Positions 1-9,029 are shown, counted from the stretch's first letter. The stretch: 64,000 nt of DNA from an uncultured candidate division Zixibacteria bacterium (GCA_963668625.2 CAXXKA010000010.1:224001-288000); one strand, 5' to 3'. A program made the numbers and translations. Notes: generated from the sequence alone by a model not told the origin.

Positions 1-717
1 ATCGTTTCCTCCGAAATAAATCGTATTGGGCTCAGCCGGATCAATCGCTAAAAAGCGGCCGATCGTAGTCGTGTCTAAATCATTATGAATATTTTCCCAG
101 GTCTCCCCGTAATCATAACTTTTGTAAACTGATTTTCTGTAAGGCGCTGATTGTCCCACTCCAAAGATGATATTCGGGTTAATGGGATCAACTACAAAAT
201 CAACTATTGATGCCAATTCCATATTTAGCTCATCCCAGGTCAAGCCACCGTTTATTGATCTATAATTAATACCTGATGTAAGTATACCATTTGCCATTAG
301 TATATTAGGTTGCGTAGGGTGTACAGTAATTACTCTTACCTCATAATCATCTCCTTGCGGCAGCGATATTAATTCCCAATCCAAGCCGGAATCGCTGGAT
401 TTGTACAAACCCTTTGTTGTTGCTGCATACATAGTATCCGGTTCATTCGGATGAAACTTGATCATCCTCATGTTTCCGGGGAGAACATCACTATCTAAGT
501 GAGTCCAGTTAAAACCGGTGTTTTCCGACTTGTATAATCCGTAAGTTACTGTCCCTAAATATACCTCATTATTATTCTCGGGATGAATAGAGATACACAT
601 AACCCGGCAAGCCTCCGGGCCATTGCTTGACCACTGGTTTTCATCGGCATGAAGGCTTAAGGATAATACAAGAAAAACCGTTAGTACCTCGAAAAATTTA
701 AATTTGCATAAATTCAT
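1..717 (-). CDS. Secreted BNR/Asp-box (VPS10/YCF48-like) beta-propeller protein, partial (runs off the window start)
   Basis: Not in the ORF track. ATG at 717 with AGGAG upstream (724-728). Translates MNLCKFKFFEVLTVFLVLSLSLHADENQWSSNGPEACRVMCISIHPENNNEVYLGTVTYGLYKSENTGFNW..., i.e. a signal peptide followed by repeated LYKSxDxGxxW-type Asp-box motifs. Confidence 0.85.
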   Translation of the reverse strand, partial: MNLCKFKFFEVLTVFLVLSLSLHADENQWSSNGPEACRVMCISIHPENNNEVYLGTVTYGLYKSENTGFNWTHLDSDVLPGNMRMIKFHPNEPDTMYAATTKGLYKSSDSGLDWELISLPQGDDYEVRVITVHPTQPNILMANGILTSGINYRSINGGLTWDELNMELASIVDFVVDPINPNIIFGVGQSAPYRKSVYKSYDYGETWENIHNDLDTTTIGRFLAIDPAEPNTIYFGGND

Positions 718-755
718 AAAATACTCCTATGATAAAAGTCTACTCCAAATTTCAG

Positions 756-1769
756 TTATCTGTTTGCTAACACAAAGTTAGGGAAATCTTCAAACACCCA
801 ATTATTTTTCAAGGTGTCATAGATTATTCCCAGTAATTTTCTGGCTGTGGCAATGATAGCCTTACCGCTGCCACGACGGTTTTTTATACGATTGTAATAT
901 TTACTCAAGTAATGGTTATATCGTATGGCAACAAGCGTACACTGCACCAGTGTAGTCCGACCAATCTTAGAACCACGCTTGGTAATCCGACCATGATGCT
1001 GAATCTCGTTTGAATTGGAAACTCGCGGCACTACGCCAAAATATGAGGCCAATTTATCTTTGTCCGAAAAATCAGCAACATCACCAATTACCGAAAGCAA
1101 CACTGTAGCTGATTTGCTGCCGATTCCTTTGATGCTGGTCAGGTTCTTATGCCCGTTCAACTTGCGACCCTGATCCTCTATCTGTTTGTCCAGCTTTTTT
1201 ATCCCCTCATTCAAACTGCGAATCTGATCAACCAATACCTCAAGCTCAACAGAAACAACCTCATCAAAATTCATCTTTAGAACCCGCTCCAAACTCTTGT
1301 TGCTGGAGTAGGCCTCCTTTTTACTCTTGATACCATGATGATTGAGTATGTTGTGTATTTTATTCTTCAAAGCTGTACGTAACTTGACCAGCTTGTCCCG
1401 TGTCCCAACAAGTGAACTGATCTGCGCTTTATCTTTCGTCTTTAATCGGGCTTTCGGCAACATGTCTTTGCTCATAAAATAGGCTAAGTTCCTGGCATCG
1501 TTTTCATCCGTCTTACTGACTGATGATTTGATTATCTCAAATTTGTTCGGATCGACGACAACAACTCGCTTGACCAAATGCGATATCTCATCAACGAAAT
1601 AACGAGTGTTGCCAGTGGCCTCAACCGCTACACAATCCGTCTTTTTTAATCCTCGTTTAAATTCCTTTAGATCCTTTAGCCGATACTCCTTGATCCTCTC
1701 CCGACCACCGGCTGTCAGGTAACACACGGTCAAACTGTTTGTGTGAAGGTCTACTCCTAAGTACCTCAT
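756..1769 (-). CDS. IS110-family DEDD transposase/recombinase
   Basis: MRYLGVDLH (D), VEATG (E), KTDENDA (D,D). C-terminal SIKGIG...YFGVVPRVSNS...GRITKRGS...KAIIATARKL. Start taken as ATG 1769 with GGAG upstream (track starts at 1838). Confidence 0.95.
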   Translation of the reverse strand: MRYLGVDLHTNSLTVCYLTAGGRERIKEYRLKDLKEFKRGLKKTDCVAVEATGNTRYFVDEISHLVKRVVVVDPNKFEIIKSSVSKTDENDARNLAYFMSKDMLPKARLKTKDKAQISSLVGTRDKLVKLRTALKNKIHNILNHHGIKSKKEAYSSNKSLERVLKMNFDEVVSVELEVLVDQIRSLNEGIKKLDKQIEDQGRKLNGHKNLTSIKGIGSKSATVLLSVIGDVADFSDKDKLASYFGVVPRVSNSNEIQHHGRITKRGSKIGRTTLVQCTLVAIRYNHYLSKYYNRIKNRRGSGKAIIATARKLLGIIYDTLKNNWVFEDFPNFVLANR

Positions 1770-1992
1770 CTTCTTGCTCCATTCTATGGTTATCACTGGA
1801 GCAGACTCTCTGTCGGCGCCTACCAAACTCCTATTCAAGGTCTTTGCCTTATGGTGGCAATTCGGTTACAGGTCTGATTAATCTCCTTTACGAGGTCTGG
1901 CCTCAAGCATTCAGTTCAGCCTATAACCTATCCGCTCCAGTTAGAAATTCATTACCGAAGCTCTAACACCAACAGAATAGATTAGCAAGATG
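1770..1992 (-). ncRNA. Putative IS110 bridge RNA (left non-coding end)
   Basis: Position upstream of an IS110 recombinase. Two related 16-nt motifs, agacctcgtaaaggag (1883-1898) and agaccttgaataggag (1828-1843), end in sequences matching the target flank and the donor junction respectively. Boundaries approximate. Confidence 0.55.
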
Positions 1993-2019
1993 CTTTTATC
2001 GTACCATCTCCTTATATAA

Positions 2020-2045
2020 TTCCCCCCAATCAATATTGGGGGGAA
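2020..2045 (-). terminator. Stem-loop downstream of the 2058-2474 gene
   Basis: ttccccccaat-caat-attggggggaa, a perfect 11-bp stem. Confidence 0.55.
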
Positions 2046-2057
2046 GATATTATAATA

Positions 2058-2474
2058 TTAATCTGGCTGATCTAACAAATAATGAATATTTAACCTTGTT
2101 CCCGTACCCCACCTAAAACCGGGATAATCAATCGATGGTTGACTATCAATTCTCGCTCTATGGTCAATACCACTAGCAAATGTTGTAGAGCCAGTAAATA
2201 TCATTCGATCACCAATACTATATCCAATAGGAGATAATTCAACAGAAACGCCAGCACCTTCAATTAATACCATTACTAATGGACTACCATCGGCATCATA
2301 GGTGGATTTTAATTTCCAATTAAGTTTATTTCCGCATGGGTCATAATAATCAGTATACCCTTGTCCCATGTGAAGAGAAACTAAATTCTCGCATGCTTGA
2401 ATCGTAGATTTTCCTAAAGGCAAGAATACCATAACAAAGGCAAAGATTATTATACCAATTATAATCTTTTTCAT
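2058..2474 (-). CDS. Hypothetical secreted protein
   Basis: MKKIIIGIIIFAFVMVFLPLG signal-peptide-like N-terminus; AAAGGA upstream; AT-rich region. Confidence 0.7.
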   Translation of the reverse strand: MKKIIIGIIIFAFVMVFLPLGKSTIQACENLVSLHMGQGYTDYYDPCGNKLNWKLKSTYDADGSPLVMVLIEGAGVSVELSPIGYSIGDRMIFTGSTTFASGIDHRARIDSQPSIDYPGFRWGTGTRLNIHYLLDQPD

Positions 2475-2790
2475 TATCAAATCCTTTCAAATTAAACATA
2501 TTATTAACAACTAAAAACGTTTACGATTAAATGATGTTCATTTGAAAGAAAGGTGGACTTCTACCCCCCCCGATTCATTATTATAAGGATTAAGATAATC
2601 CCTGTATTCAAATTAAATAATAGATGCCCTTCCACGATGCCATTCCCCCAATATTATAATGTCAAAGAAAAAATATTCAGATATTCATCCGTAATATACA
2701 ATACATTGTCTAGTTGTCAATAATTAAGTGGATTTAATTGTATCATGGCTGCCGTTTTTCATAGGATACTTTCCCGTGCGCTAACACGTT

Positions 2791-2850
2791 GGCAGGCGAG
2801 GACGCCCATCAACCACATATTTGTCATTCCGGGCTTGACCCGGAATCCAG
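2791..2850. repeat. REP-like palindromes (GTGG-type and GTCAT...ATCCAG-type)
   Basis: 2791-2816 resembles 7697-7722. 2823-2850 (gtcattccgggcttgacccggaatccag) resembles the reverse complement of 7608-7635. Confidence 0.7.
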
Positions 2851-3104
2851 GGGGGCTGGCGATTTACCTCTACTAACGAATATCACTTCAACAGCGTAAT
2901 CTTCCTCGAATCATGATAATCCCCGGCAGTCAGGCGAGGCTTTTAGATGGAATGAGTAATTTGTACCGCTGCCGTTGAAAAGAAAAGCCCTGTTCCATAA
3001 GCTGGTTGAGTCTCGAGTCAGCAAGTATACCTCGTTTGAGTTTTCATAAACTTCCAATTCATATCCAATATAAATTTTATCACTACTGTCCGGTCTTTTC
3101 ATCT

Positions 3105-3198
3105 CGTTGCGAAGCGCTGCTTCGCAACGTGGCTTGTTTGCCGGCAGAATGCGCATTCTACATGATTCAAGAAGGTTTCCAAGCAGCGCTTGGAAACC
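3105..3198. repeat. Inverted doublet of 25-bp REP-like palindromes
   Basis: cgttgcgaagc-gct-gcttcgcaacg (3105-3129) and ggtttccaagc-agc-gcttggaaacc (3174-3198). Both have perfect 11-bp stems and share an AAGC-AGC-GCTT core in opposite orientation. Confidence 0.65.
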
Positions 3199-3426
3199 AG
3201 AAAACCAAGCCTAACATCGGCAGGATATGTCAGGATGAATGATACGCTGAATAAAATAATTATATCGGAAAATATTTTTCATTAACAATTCAAAGGAGAA
3301 ATTTAAAATTTAACGAAAAACACCGGACACTAGTGAAATTTTATCATAATAGATATTTTGTTTTATTTATTTAATAGTAAGGGATGCGCACTAACTATGT
3401 ATATCATGTATAGCAGTCATCCAAAC

Positions 3427-3458
3427 AAAAAAAACCGCCTCTGTTTCAAGACGGTTTT
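3427..3458 (-). terminator. Rho-independent terminator of the PEP-CTERM gene
   Basis: aaaaccg...cggtttt stem with an A-run on the + strand (U-tract on the - strand). Confidence 0.65.
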
Positions 3459-3498
3459 CTCAGGAGCCAATATGATTTTCTAAAAGGCCGAGCTTATT

Positions 3499-4191
3499 TT
3501 AAATTATTTTTTTCCTTCGCCGCAGAGCTAAACCGGTTCCAAGTAAACCACTTGCCAACAGAAATAATGTTCCCGGCTCGGGCGCGACCATCATACCCAC
3601 GACCATATCGTCGTGATCGATACCATCGGTGTATTTATCCTCGATAAATATCAGGTAGTCGTAATCGCCGCTGCCGCTCCATTTGCCGTATGAGTATTCC
3701 GAACCTTCGACTCCGCGCAGATCGTACATGATAAACGACTGGTAGTCGCTGAGTTTATCGTTAATACTCAAATCTCTCTCCGAAAATAACACCGAATTGT
3801 AATTACTTAATCTGGCTCGGGTGTTCATATCCTCGGAAAGCCAGAACCCAACGTCTGTACCATCGCTGAAATTAGTCGTGAGACTCGTATTGCTCCCCAT
3901 GAAACTATCGAACAGGATAGCTTTATTTTTGCCGTGGCCGCTATTCGCCTCGACATCCGTGTATAACCCGAATGACGGCATCGCGCCTGTATTTGCCGGC
4001 AAGTCGCTAAGCAAATTCCAATATTGAACATTGGATTCGAGCTTTATCGATAAATCCTCGGATTCGTTATTAAGCCTGTACTGGGCTGGGTCAAGCGCTA
4101 CACCGTCAATGAATAAATCCGGCACTACCGCACTTGAAACGCTGAACACGCTTATCACGAACACGATAATGGTTGCTAAAAACCTCATCAT
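3499..4191 (-). CDS. PEP-CTERM sorting-domain protein (DUF4114-like acidic motif)
   Basis: Signal peptide MMRFLATIIVFVISVFSVSSA. C-terminus VAPEPGTLFLLASGLLGTGLALRRRKK. IFIED...DHDDMVV motif. AGGAG RBS before ATG 4191. Confidence 0.9.
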   Translation of the reverse strand: MMRFLATIIVFVISVFSVSSAVVPDLFIDGVALDPAQYRLNNESEDLSIKLESNVQYWNLLSDLPANTGAMPSFGLYTDVEANSGHGKNKAILFDSFMGSNTSLTTNFSDGTDVGFWLSEDMNTRARLSNYNSVLFSERDLSINDKLSDYQSFIMYDLRGVEGSEYSYGKWSGSGDYDYLIFIEDKYTDGIDHDDMVVGMMVAPEPGTLFLLASGLLGTGLALRRRKKII

Positions 4192-4241
4192 ATTTCTCCT
4201 TACTCTTTGTTTCCGACCTTTACATAACTGAGCGTTTATAA

Positions 4242-4257
4242 AGCAACTAATATGCCA
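4242..4257 (-). promoter_or_regulatory. Sigma54 (-24/-12) promoter of the PEP-CTERM gene
   Basis: Minus strand TGGCATATTAGTTGCT = GG-N10-GC with a TTGC -12 element, about 50 nt upstream of the ATG. Confidence 0.7.
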
Positions 4258-4479
4258 AAATGAGGTAATACCTCCATACTGTTTATTGTCAATAGATTGG
4301 CCTCTGCTCTGATATAAAGTCATTGACAGATATGGAGTTTATATGAATTATAATGCATAAATAGTGTAAAAATAAAAACGTTAAATCCGAGGCTATATTC
4401 AAATAAATCTTGATTGAGAGTGTATAATACTTATATAATAGCACAAATTGAAAAGCAGGAACCTTTACCAGTAAAACAA

Positions 4480-5013
4480 ATGACAAAATCGATAGTTGGC
4501 GATTTAATAGGCAGACGAAATATAGTTTACGCTCCGGTTAACCGGGCCGGCGTTTTACTGCTTTTCGCACGCCTTCTGGATGAATTCGATATGCTGGTCG
4601 AGGAGACCGCTGAGGATTCCAGTTATGTTATTGCCAGACGGCGTGTTGATGATGGCTGGGAGCGGGTAAAGGTCAATTTTGCTTTCAAGAGTTCAGGTTT
4701 TCAAAACGGTAATTTCAGCGAGGAACAGCTTCTGATTTGCTGGAATCACGACTGGCATGATTGTCCTTTGAAAGTGTTCGAACTAAGAAGCCTGTTCATG
4801 CAGGAAGATGCCACCGCTCCAATTACTCGACCGCAGGAGGAGCCCCCCGTAAACGTGCGGATAAACCCAACGAGGGTAGCGACTTTCTCCGATATAATCC
4901 CGGAAAACCCCGGTGAGATTCTTCTGGGGAAAAACATTACCGAGAAACGATTCGAAAAAGCGATCGGCGATCTCGATGAAAAGATAAAAAATTTCTTTCC
5001 TGAAAAAACATAA
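4480..5013 (+). CDS. PD-(D/E)XK nuclease-like protein, catalytic residues apparently lost
   Basis: YAPVNRAGVLLLF...WERVKVNFAFKSSGF...LLICWNHDWHDCPLKVFEL matches, from memory, a family with YAPxNExGV...PDC...IEFE...IVCWxHDW. The acidic positions are substituted here. Confidence 0.6.
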   Translation: MTKSIVGDLIGRRNIVYAPVNRAGVLLLFARLLDEFDMLVEETAEDSSYVIARRRVDDGWERVKVNFAFKSSGFQNGNFSEEQLLICWNHDWHDCPLKVFELRSLFMQEDATAPITRPQEEPPVNVRINPTRVATFSDIIPENPGEILLGKNITEKRFEKAIGDLDEKIKNFFPEKT

Positions 5014-5246
5014 TCCTTGATTTTTTGACAAAAAATATTACTTTATAGATGGTGATCCACTTGGATCGTGTTGTTGTACCTCTGTTTGGTGTTAGGAAGT
5101 AAATCTATAATTTAATAAAAGATGCAGGAATAAGGATAAAGTTTATTTTAAGCGGATGTGAAATTCTCGAAAAGAGAATCAACTAAACTTCTTTATAAAG
5201 ATAAAACAGTCTTTTAAATATGAGCTGGCGAGTTCAGGGAGGCCTC

Positions 5247-7112
5247 ATGAACAAACGGTTGGCATTAATATTATTAACCTCGATTTTCGCGCTTACTACC
5301 ACTATTGCATTTTGTCAGGATCCCGGTGTACAGGATTCGCTGGCATTCGGTAATCCTGATGGTTCCCCTGTTCAGGTCTTTATCAGTAGCGAACTCAGAA
5401 TCCCGGTATATATCAAATGCGATGAGAACGTGTCGTTTTTGCATATCTGCCTGGCTACCGAAAACGAATTTATTCCACAAAGGGATATTTATGTCCCCGC
5501 CGAGAATATCCAGGGCTGGCGTCAGTATGGTACATTGCCGGTTGATGGTTATCCCGGGGATGGTTTAACCTCGCAATCGTTAGTCGCGATTGCCGACTAT
5601 TCGGTGGCCGAACCGGAATTTATCAATACTAACGGCGAATGGCAACTGGTATGCGAATTCGTTATGCACACCACCGATAACACTGGAGCGATGGGGCAGA
5701 TAAGCAACATGTGGCCGGGTGAGGATCCGATCGAGGGCGTGACAGTGCTTTTCGATGAGTTCTTCGCGCCATTCGTGCCGGCTATGGTTTTTTCCGACCT
5801 GGAGTTTTTGGAGGCTACACCTCCTGTTTTTACCTCGCCTGCGCCGGATACGACAATCAATCTGAATAGCCATTACCCTTATTCCGTTACCGTGGATATT
5901 ATTGATGAGGACGAGGATGAGATAACCCTGGATGTAAGCTGTGCTTACGAGGACTATGAAATAACCGAGATACTCAACGAGGCCGGTCACGCTCAATATC
6001 TGTTTAGTTGGATCCCACCCTCGGATTGCAACACCGAGGTGCCGGTTACCTTTACGGCCACCGATGAGAACAACTTGAGCGCCGACCTGACTTTGAACAT
6101 AATGGTGGAGCCGGTTAAAATTACGGTTACCCCGGACACCACGCTTTACGGTTACTCCTCCTCCGTTGATATTTATATGGAAATTAGCGGTACGAACTCC
6201 AATGTCGGATCTTTCGATTTGATGTTCGAATGGGATGCCGATGTGCTCGAGCTTATAGGTACGGAGTTTGCCGGTGATTTCGCCGAATGGGAGTATTTAA
6301 ACGCTTCTGTCGATCCGCTTGGTCCCGGTTCGTTGATTCTTTTCGGACTGGCTAATATGGAAACAGGCGATATTCCCCCGATGACGGTGGGCACATATCA
6401 TGTCGCTACGCTTAATTTCCAAACATCCGGTAATCCGGATAACCAGGGTTATGCGTTCGATATCGGTATGCCGGTTGACCAGATGAATTATAACGTACTT
6501 ACTGATTCGAGTGGCTACGTAGTTTATCACCCCGAGATCGATCCCGCATACGTTTACTTCATGCCTGTCGGGGATGTCTTGATCGGTGACGTGAATTTGA
6601 ATCTTCTGCCGTATGAAACCGGTGATGTGGTAGTGTTCGTCGACCATCTCGTCGATCCCGGCGAATCACCGTTCAATGCCGCCCAGAGATATGCCTCCGA
6701 CTGCAATCAGGATTTGATACCTGCGACTGTCGCCGATTTGATTTTCATGCTCAACGTGATCAATAACGGCCAGATATCCGGTTCGGTCGTAGAGGGTGAA
6801 TCACCCGAACTCGAATTCGATCCAACCCAATCGGGTACGACATTATCGCTGGAAAGTGATATCCCGGTCGGAGCGGTTTATGTTAAAGTTAATCACGAAA
6901 GTGTTGATATTGAAAATATCAGGGCGGCTGCCGGCTATAATATCTCGACAATGGATAGCGATGATATTCTTACCCTGGTTATTTATCCTCAGCAAACCAA
7001 TGGAGTTGTCTCGGGAGAGTTGCTGTCGCTCGATTTGAATCCCGGCGACATGCAGAATCTCGATATTATCAGCGTGGAATTTTCCACCCCCGAGGGAGCG
7101 CTCATCAGGTAA
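5247..7112 (+). CDS. Secreted cohesin-like + Ig + atypical (class B) dockerin protein, no CTD
   Basis: GGAGG RBS; signal peptide. Cohesin-like VGSFDLMFEWDADVLEL. Dockerin GDVNLNLLPYETGD...ASDCNQDLIPATVADLIFMLNVING-like. C-terminal half collinear with the 19714 gene. Confidence 0.8.
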   Translation: MNKRLALILLTSIFALTTTIAFCQDPGVQDSLAFGNPDGSPVQVFISSELRIPVYIKCDENVSFLHICLATENEFIPQRDIYVPAENIQGWRQYGTLPVDGYPGDGLTSQSLVAIADYSVAEPEFINTNGEWQLVCEFVMHTTDNTGAMGQISNMWPGEDPIEGVTVLFDEFFAPFVPAMVFSDLEFLEATPPVFTSPAPDTTINLNSHYPYSVTVDIIDEDEDEITLDVSCAYEDYEITEILNEAGHAQYLFSWIPPSDCNTEVPVTFTATDENNLSADLTLNIMVEPVKITVTPDTTLYGYSSSVDIYMEISGTNSNVGSFDLMFEWDADVLELIGTEFAGDFAEWEYLNASVDPLGPGSLILFGLANMETGDIPPMTVGTYHVATLNFQTSGNPDNQGYAFDIGMPVDQMNYNVLTDSSGYVVYHPEIDPAYVYFMPVGDVLIGDVNLNLLPYETGDVVVFVDHLVDPGESPFNAAQRYASDCNQDLIPATVADLIFMLNVINNGQISGSVVEGESPELEFDPTQSGTTLSLESDIPVGAVYVKVNHESVDIENIRAAAGYNISTMDSDDILTLVIYPQQTNGVVSGELLSLDLNPGDMQNLDIISVEFSTPEGALIR

Positions 7113-7137
7113 ATTTGTTTGAATAATACACCCGAGT

Positions 7138-7172
7138 AAAACCTGCCGATAGCAAGCTATCGACAGGTTTTT
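7138..7172 (+). terminator. Rho-independent terminator
   Basis: aaaacctgccgatagc-aa-gctatcgacaggtttt followed by a T-run. Confidence 0.8.
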
Positions 7173-7305
7173 TATTGATCCTAAAAAACACCGGCTTAGT
7201 TGGTGTGTCCATTTAAAGCGAAGCGTTTGCAGTAAATTTTATCATCCACAGCAGCGACTGATTCTTTCAATAGCGGTACTATCCTATATCTGCTCTTGCC
7301 TCGGA

Positions 7306-7453
7306 GGGATTGTTGAAAAAGTCCGTTCCACGAGTCGTTGGGCGGACGAAGTCCTTTGTTCATTTTTTCCCGGCGAAATACTGCATGATTTCAGGTGGCA
7401 GGAAGGGATTCCTGCCACCACCGTCATCCAACAAGGACTTTTTCAACAACCAC
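7306..7453. mobile_element. MITE-like non-autonomous element (~150 bp)
   Basis: Perfect 15-bp inverted repeats ttgttgaaaaagtcc (7310-7324) and ggactttttcaacaa (7435-7449). Short flanking direct repeat (c)gga(gg). Internal GTGG-type hairpin at 7394-7421. Confidence 0.65.
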
Positions 7454-7607
7454 GGAGGAAGTAATCCAGTACGGTCTTTTCTTTTTATAGTACTAAACTC
7501 TATTTCTCTTTAGTTATCTTATATAGAGGGGAGGCAAAACTAAGTTTTTAGAATACGGAGGGTTACAAAATCGGAGTTTTGTAATCAGTACAACCCTTCC
7601 CCAACCC

Positions 7608-7722
7608 CTGGATCCTGAATCAAGTTCAGGATGACATTTTGTGGGCGGCACACGTCCGCGTGTGCCCCTTAACAGTAAATTTGAGTTGGTGAATGCGGCA
7701 GACGAGGACGTCTGCCAGCCAC
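7608..7722. repeat. REP cluster including an inverted GTGG...CCAC doublet
   Basis: Palindrome at 7608-7635; gtgggcggcacacg-tccg-cgtgtgcc at 7641-7666; ggcagacg-agga-cgtctgccagccac at 7697-7722. Confidence 0.7.
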
Positions 7723-7774
7723 GGAATCTTGAGATGTTAGGAACCGGTGATAGCCTGCTTAAGCCGGCAGGATA

Positions 7775-7800
7775 AAAGCCACCGGCCCTGTGGCCGGTGG
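7775..7800 (-). terminator. Terminator of the 7851-9029 gene
   Basis: aaaag-ccaccggcc-ctgt-ggccggtgg: 9-bp GC stem, U-tract on the minus strand. Confidence 0.7.
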
Positions 7801-7850
7801 TAGTTTACTTTAAACGCCGTATCTGTTAGAGTTCGGTTAATGGGAAAAGT

Positions 7851-9029
7851 CTACGAACTGCTGTTTATTTGCTCTGTTATCTCCGAGGTCGGGGCTATAT
7901 ACCTGCTTTCGACAGTGTTCACGGCCGCTTCGACTTTATCGAAAAACGATGTCACGCTGGAGACGAGCAATTCCTTCGTCTGGGCGGTGTAACGAGATTC
8001 GATTCCGACCTGAGAGCTTAGCTCGTTGAAGAAATCATCGATTTTACCCAGTAATTGATCCTCGGCTTGTCCCATGTAATCATCGACCATATTAAAAAAG
8101 TCACCTATTAATTCACCGCCGACATTCTGGTTATCCAGGAGCGCCTCTGTAGTGTTCAAGTATTGTTCGGTATTACCGCTGTTCTCCAGCCCCGTAGCCT
8201 GCTGGCTGAACTTCTGTAACGACCTGTAATTGAACGAGAAATCCTGCGTGTAACGCATCGACATTTTACGTGAAATTCTTAAAAAGCCGTCGGAATATGA
8301 TTTATCCAGTTGAAAGCTTTTGGACATGCTGTCACGATAAAACGCCGCAGCTTTAAACTGCCGAGACTGAAGTTTCATGCTCATAGCGTTTCTTTCGCCC
8401 ACACTGTAGCCCGCGCTCCTGTTCAAATCGGATTGATCGAGAGCCTCGGGATTATCATAGGTTACTTTTTGGTTGACCAGAGCCTTAACGTTCAAATCGG
8501 TGCTCAGGCCGATCCTCAGATTATTGAGTGTCGTGGTTTCGAGTTGCCCGTCCTCGGCATCCTGGGCCAGTGTAGTAACCATGCGCTCGAAATCCGAGAG
8601 ATTGAATTTCATGCTCAGGGTAACGAGGTTGATCCATTCCCGCTCATGGGAGGTCATCACGGCCTCATCGCCGTTACCCTCGCCTTCTGCCGGTGTCGTT
8701 TCATCGGTTTCGGACGAGTTATTAGCCATCTGTGGTTTAGTATAAACCACCGGCTCGGATATATTTTTCCGATTGCCGAGATCCGGTGAGATGCTATCTT
8801 GAGGTTGCGATACTATTTCCGGTTTGATATTAATAGTGGGCTCGGCGGGTTTCTCCAGTGTCAACCCCGGCTTCTGATAACTATCGCTGCCGGTCAACCT
8901 GTTCCTGATACGAGAGGAAAGACCGAACCTGTCATCGTTATCGCTAAGGCGCGTGAAAAAACCGCCAAAATTAAATCGGCTCATTGAAAAATTATTTAGC
9001 AAACCGAACATTTCCCTGTTGGAATACAT
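7851..9029 (-). CDS. Hypothetical protein (low-complexity N-terminus, helical acidic C-terminus)
   Basis: 392-aa ORF with a strong AAGGAGGG RBS and its own terminator; no recognisable motif. Confidence 0.75.
   Translation of the reverse strand: MYSNREMFGLLNNFSMSRFNFGGFFTRLSDNDDRFGLSSRIRNRLTGSDSYQKPGLTLEKPAEPTINIKPEIVSQPQDSISPDLGNRKNISEPVVYTKPQMANNSSETDETTPAEGEGNGDEAVMTSHEREWINLVTLSMKFNLSDFERMVTTLAQDAEDGQLETTTLNNLRIGLSTDLNVKALVNQKVTYDNPEALDQSDLNRSAGYSVGERNAMSMKLQSRQFKAAAFYRDSMSKSFQLDKSYSDGFLRISRKMSMRYTQDFSFNYRSLQKFSQQATGLENSGNTEQYLNTTEALLDNQNVGGELIGDFFNMVDDYMGQAEDQLLGKIDDFFNELSSQVGIESRYTAQTKELLVSSVTSFFDKVEAAVNTVESRYIAPTSEITEQINSSS

Larger units (their letters stand above)
729..2012 (-). mobile_element. 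IS110-family insertion sequence, apparently complete
   Basis: Contains the transposase. Sub-terminal inverted repeats atgataaaag (729-738) and cttttatcgt (1993-2002) match 9/10. ctcct occurs at both junctions (724-728, 2008-2012). There is a ~220-nt non-coding region upstream of the transposase. Exact ends are uncertain within the ctcct overlap. Confidence 0.85.

Noticed and set aside
2911-3242. ORFs 2911-3156 (-) and 3006-3242 (+); KIYIGY resembles a GIY-YIG half motif
   Set aside because: Both run through REP palindromes, lack a clear RBS and lack the rest of the nuclease motif; at most a gene fragment.
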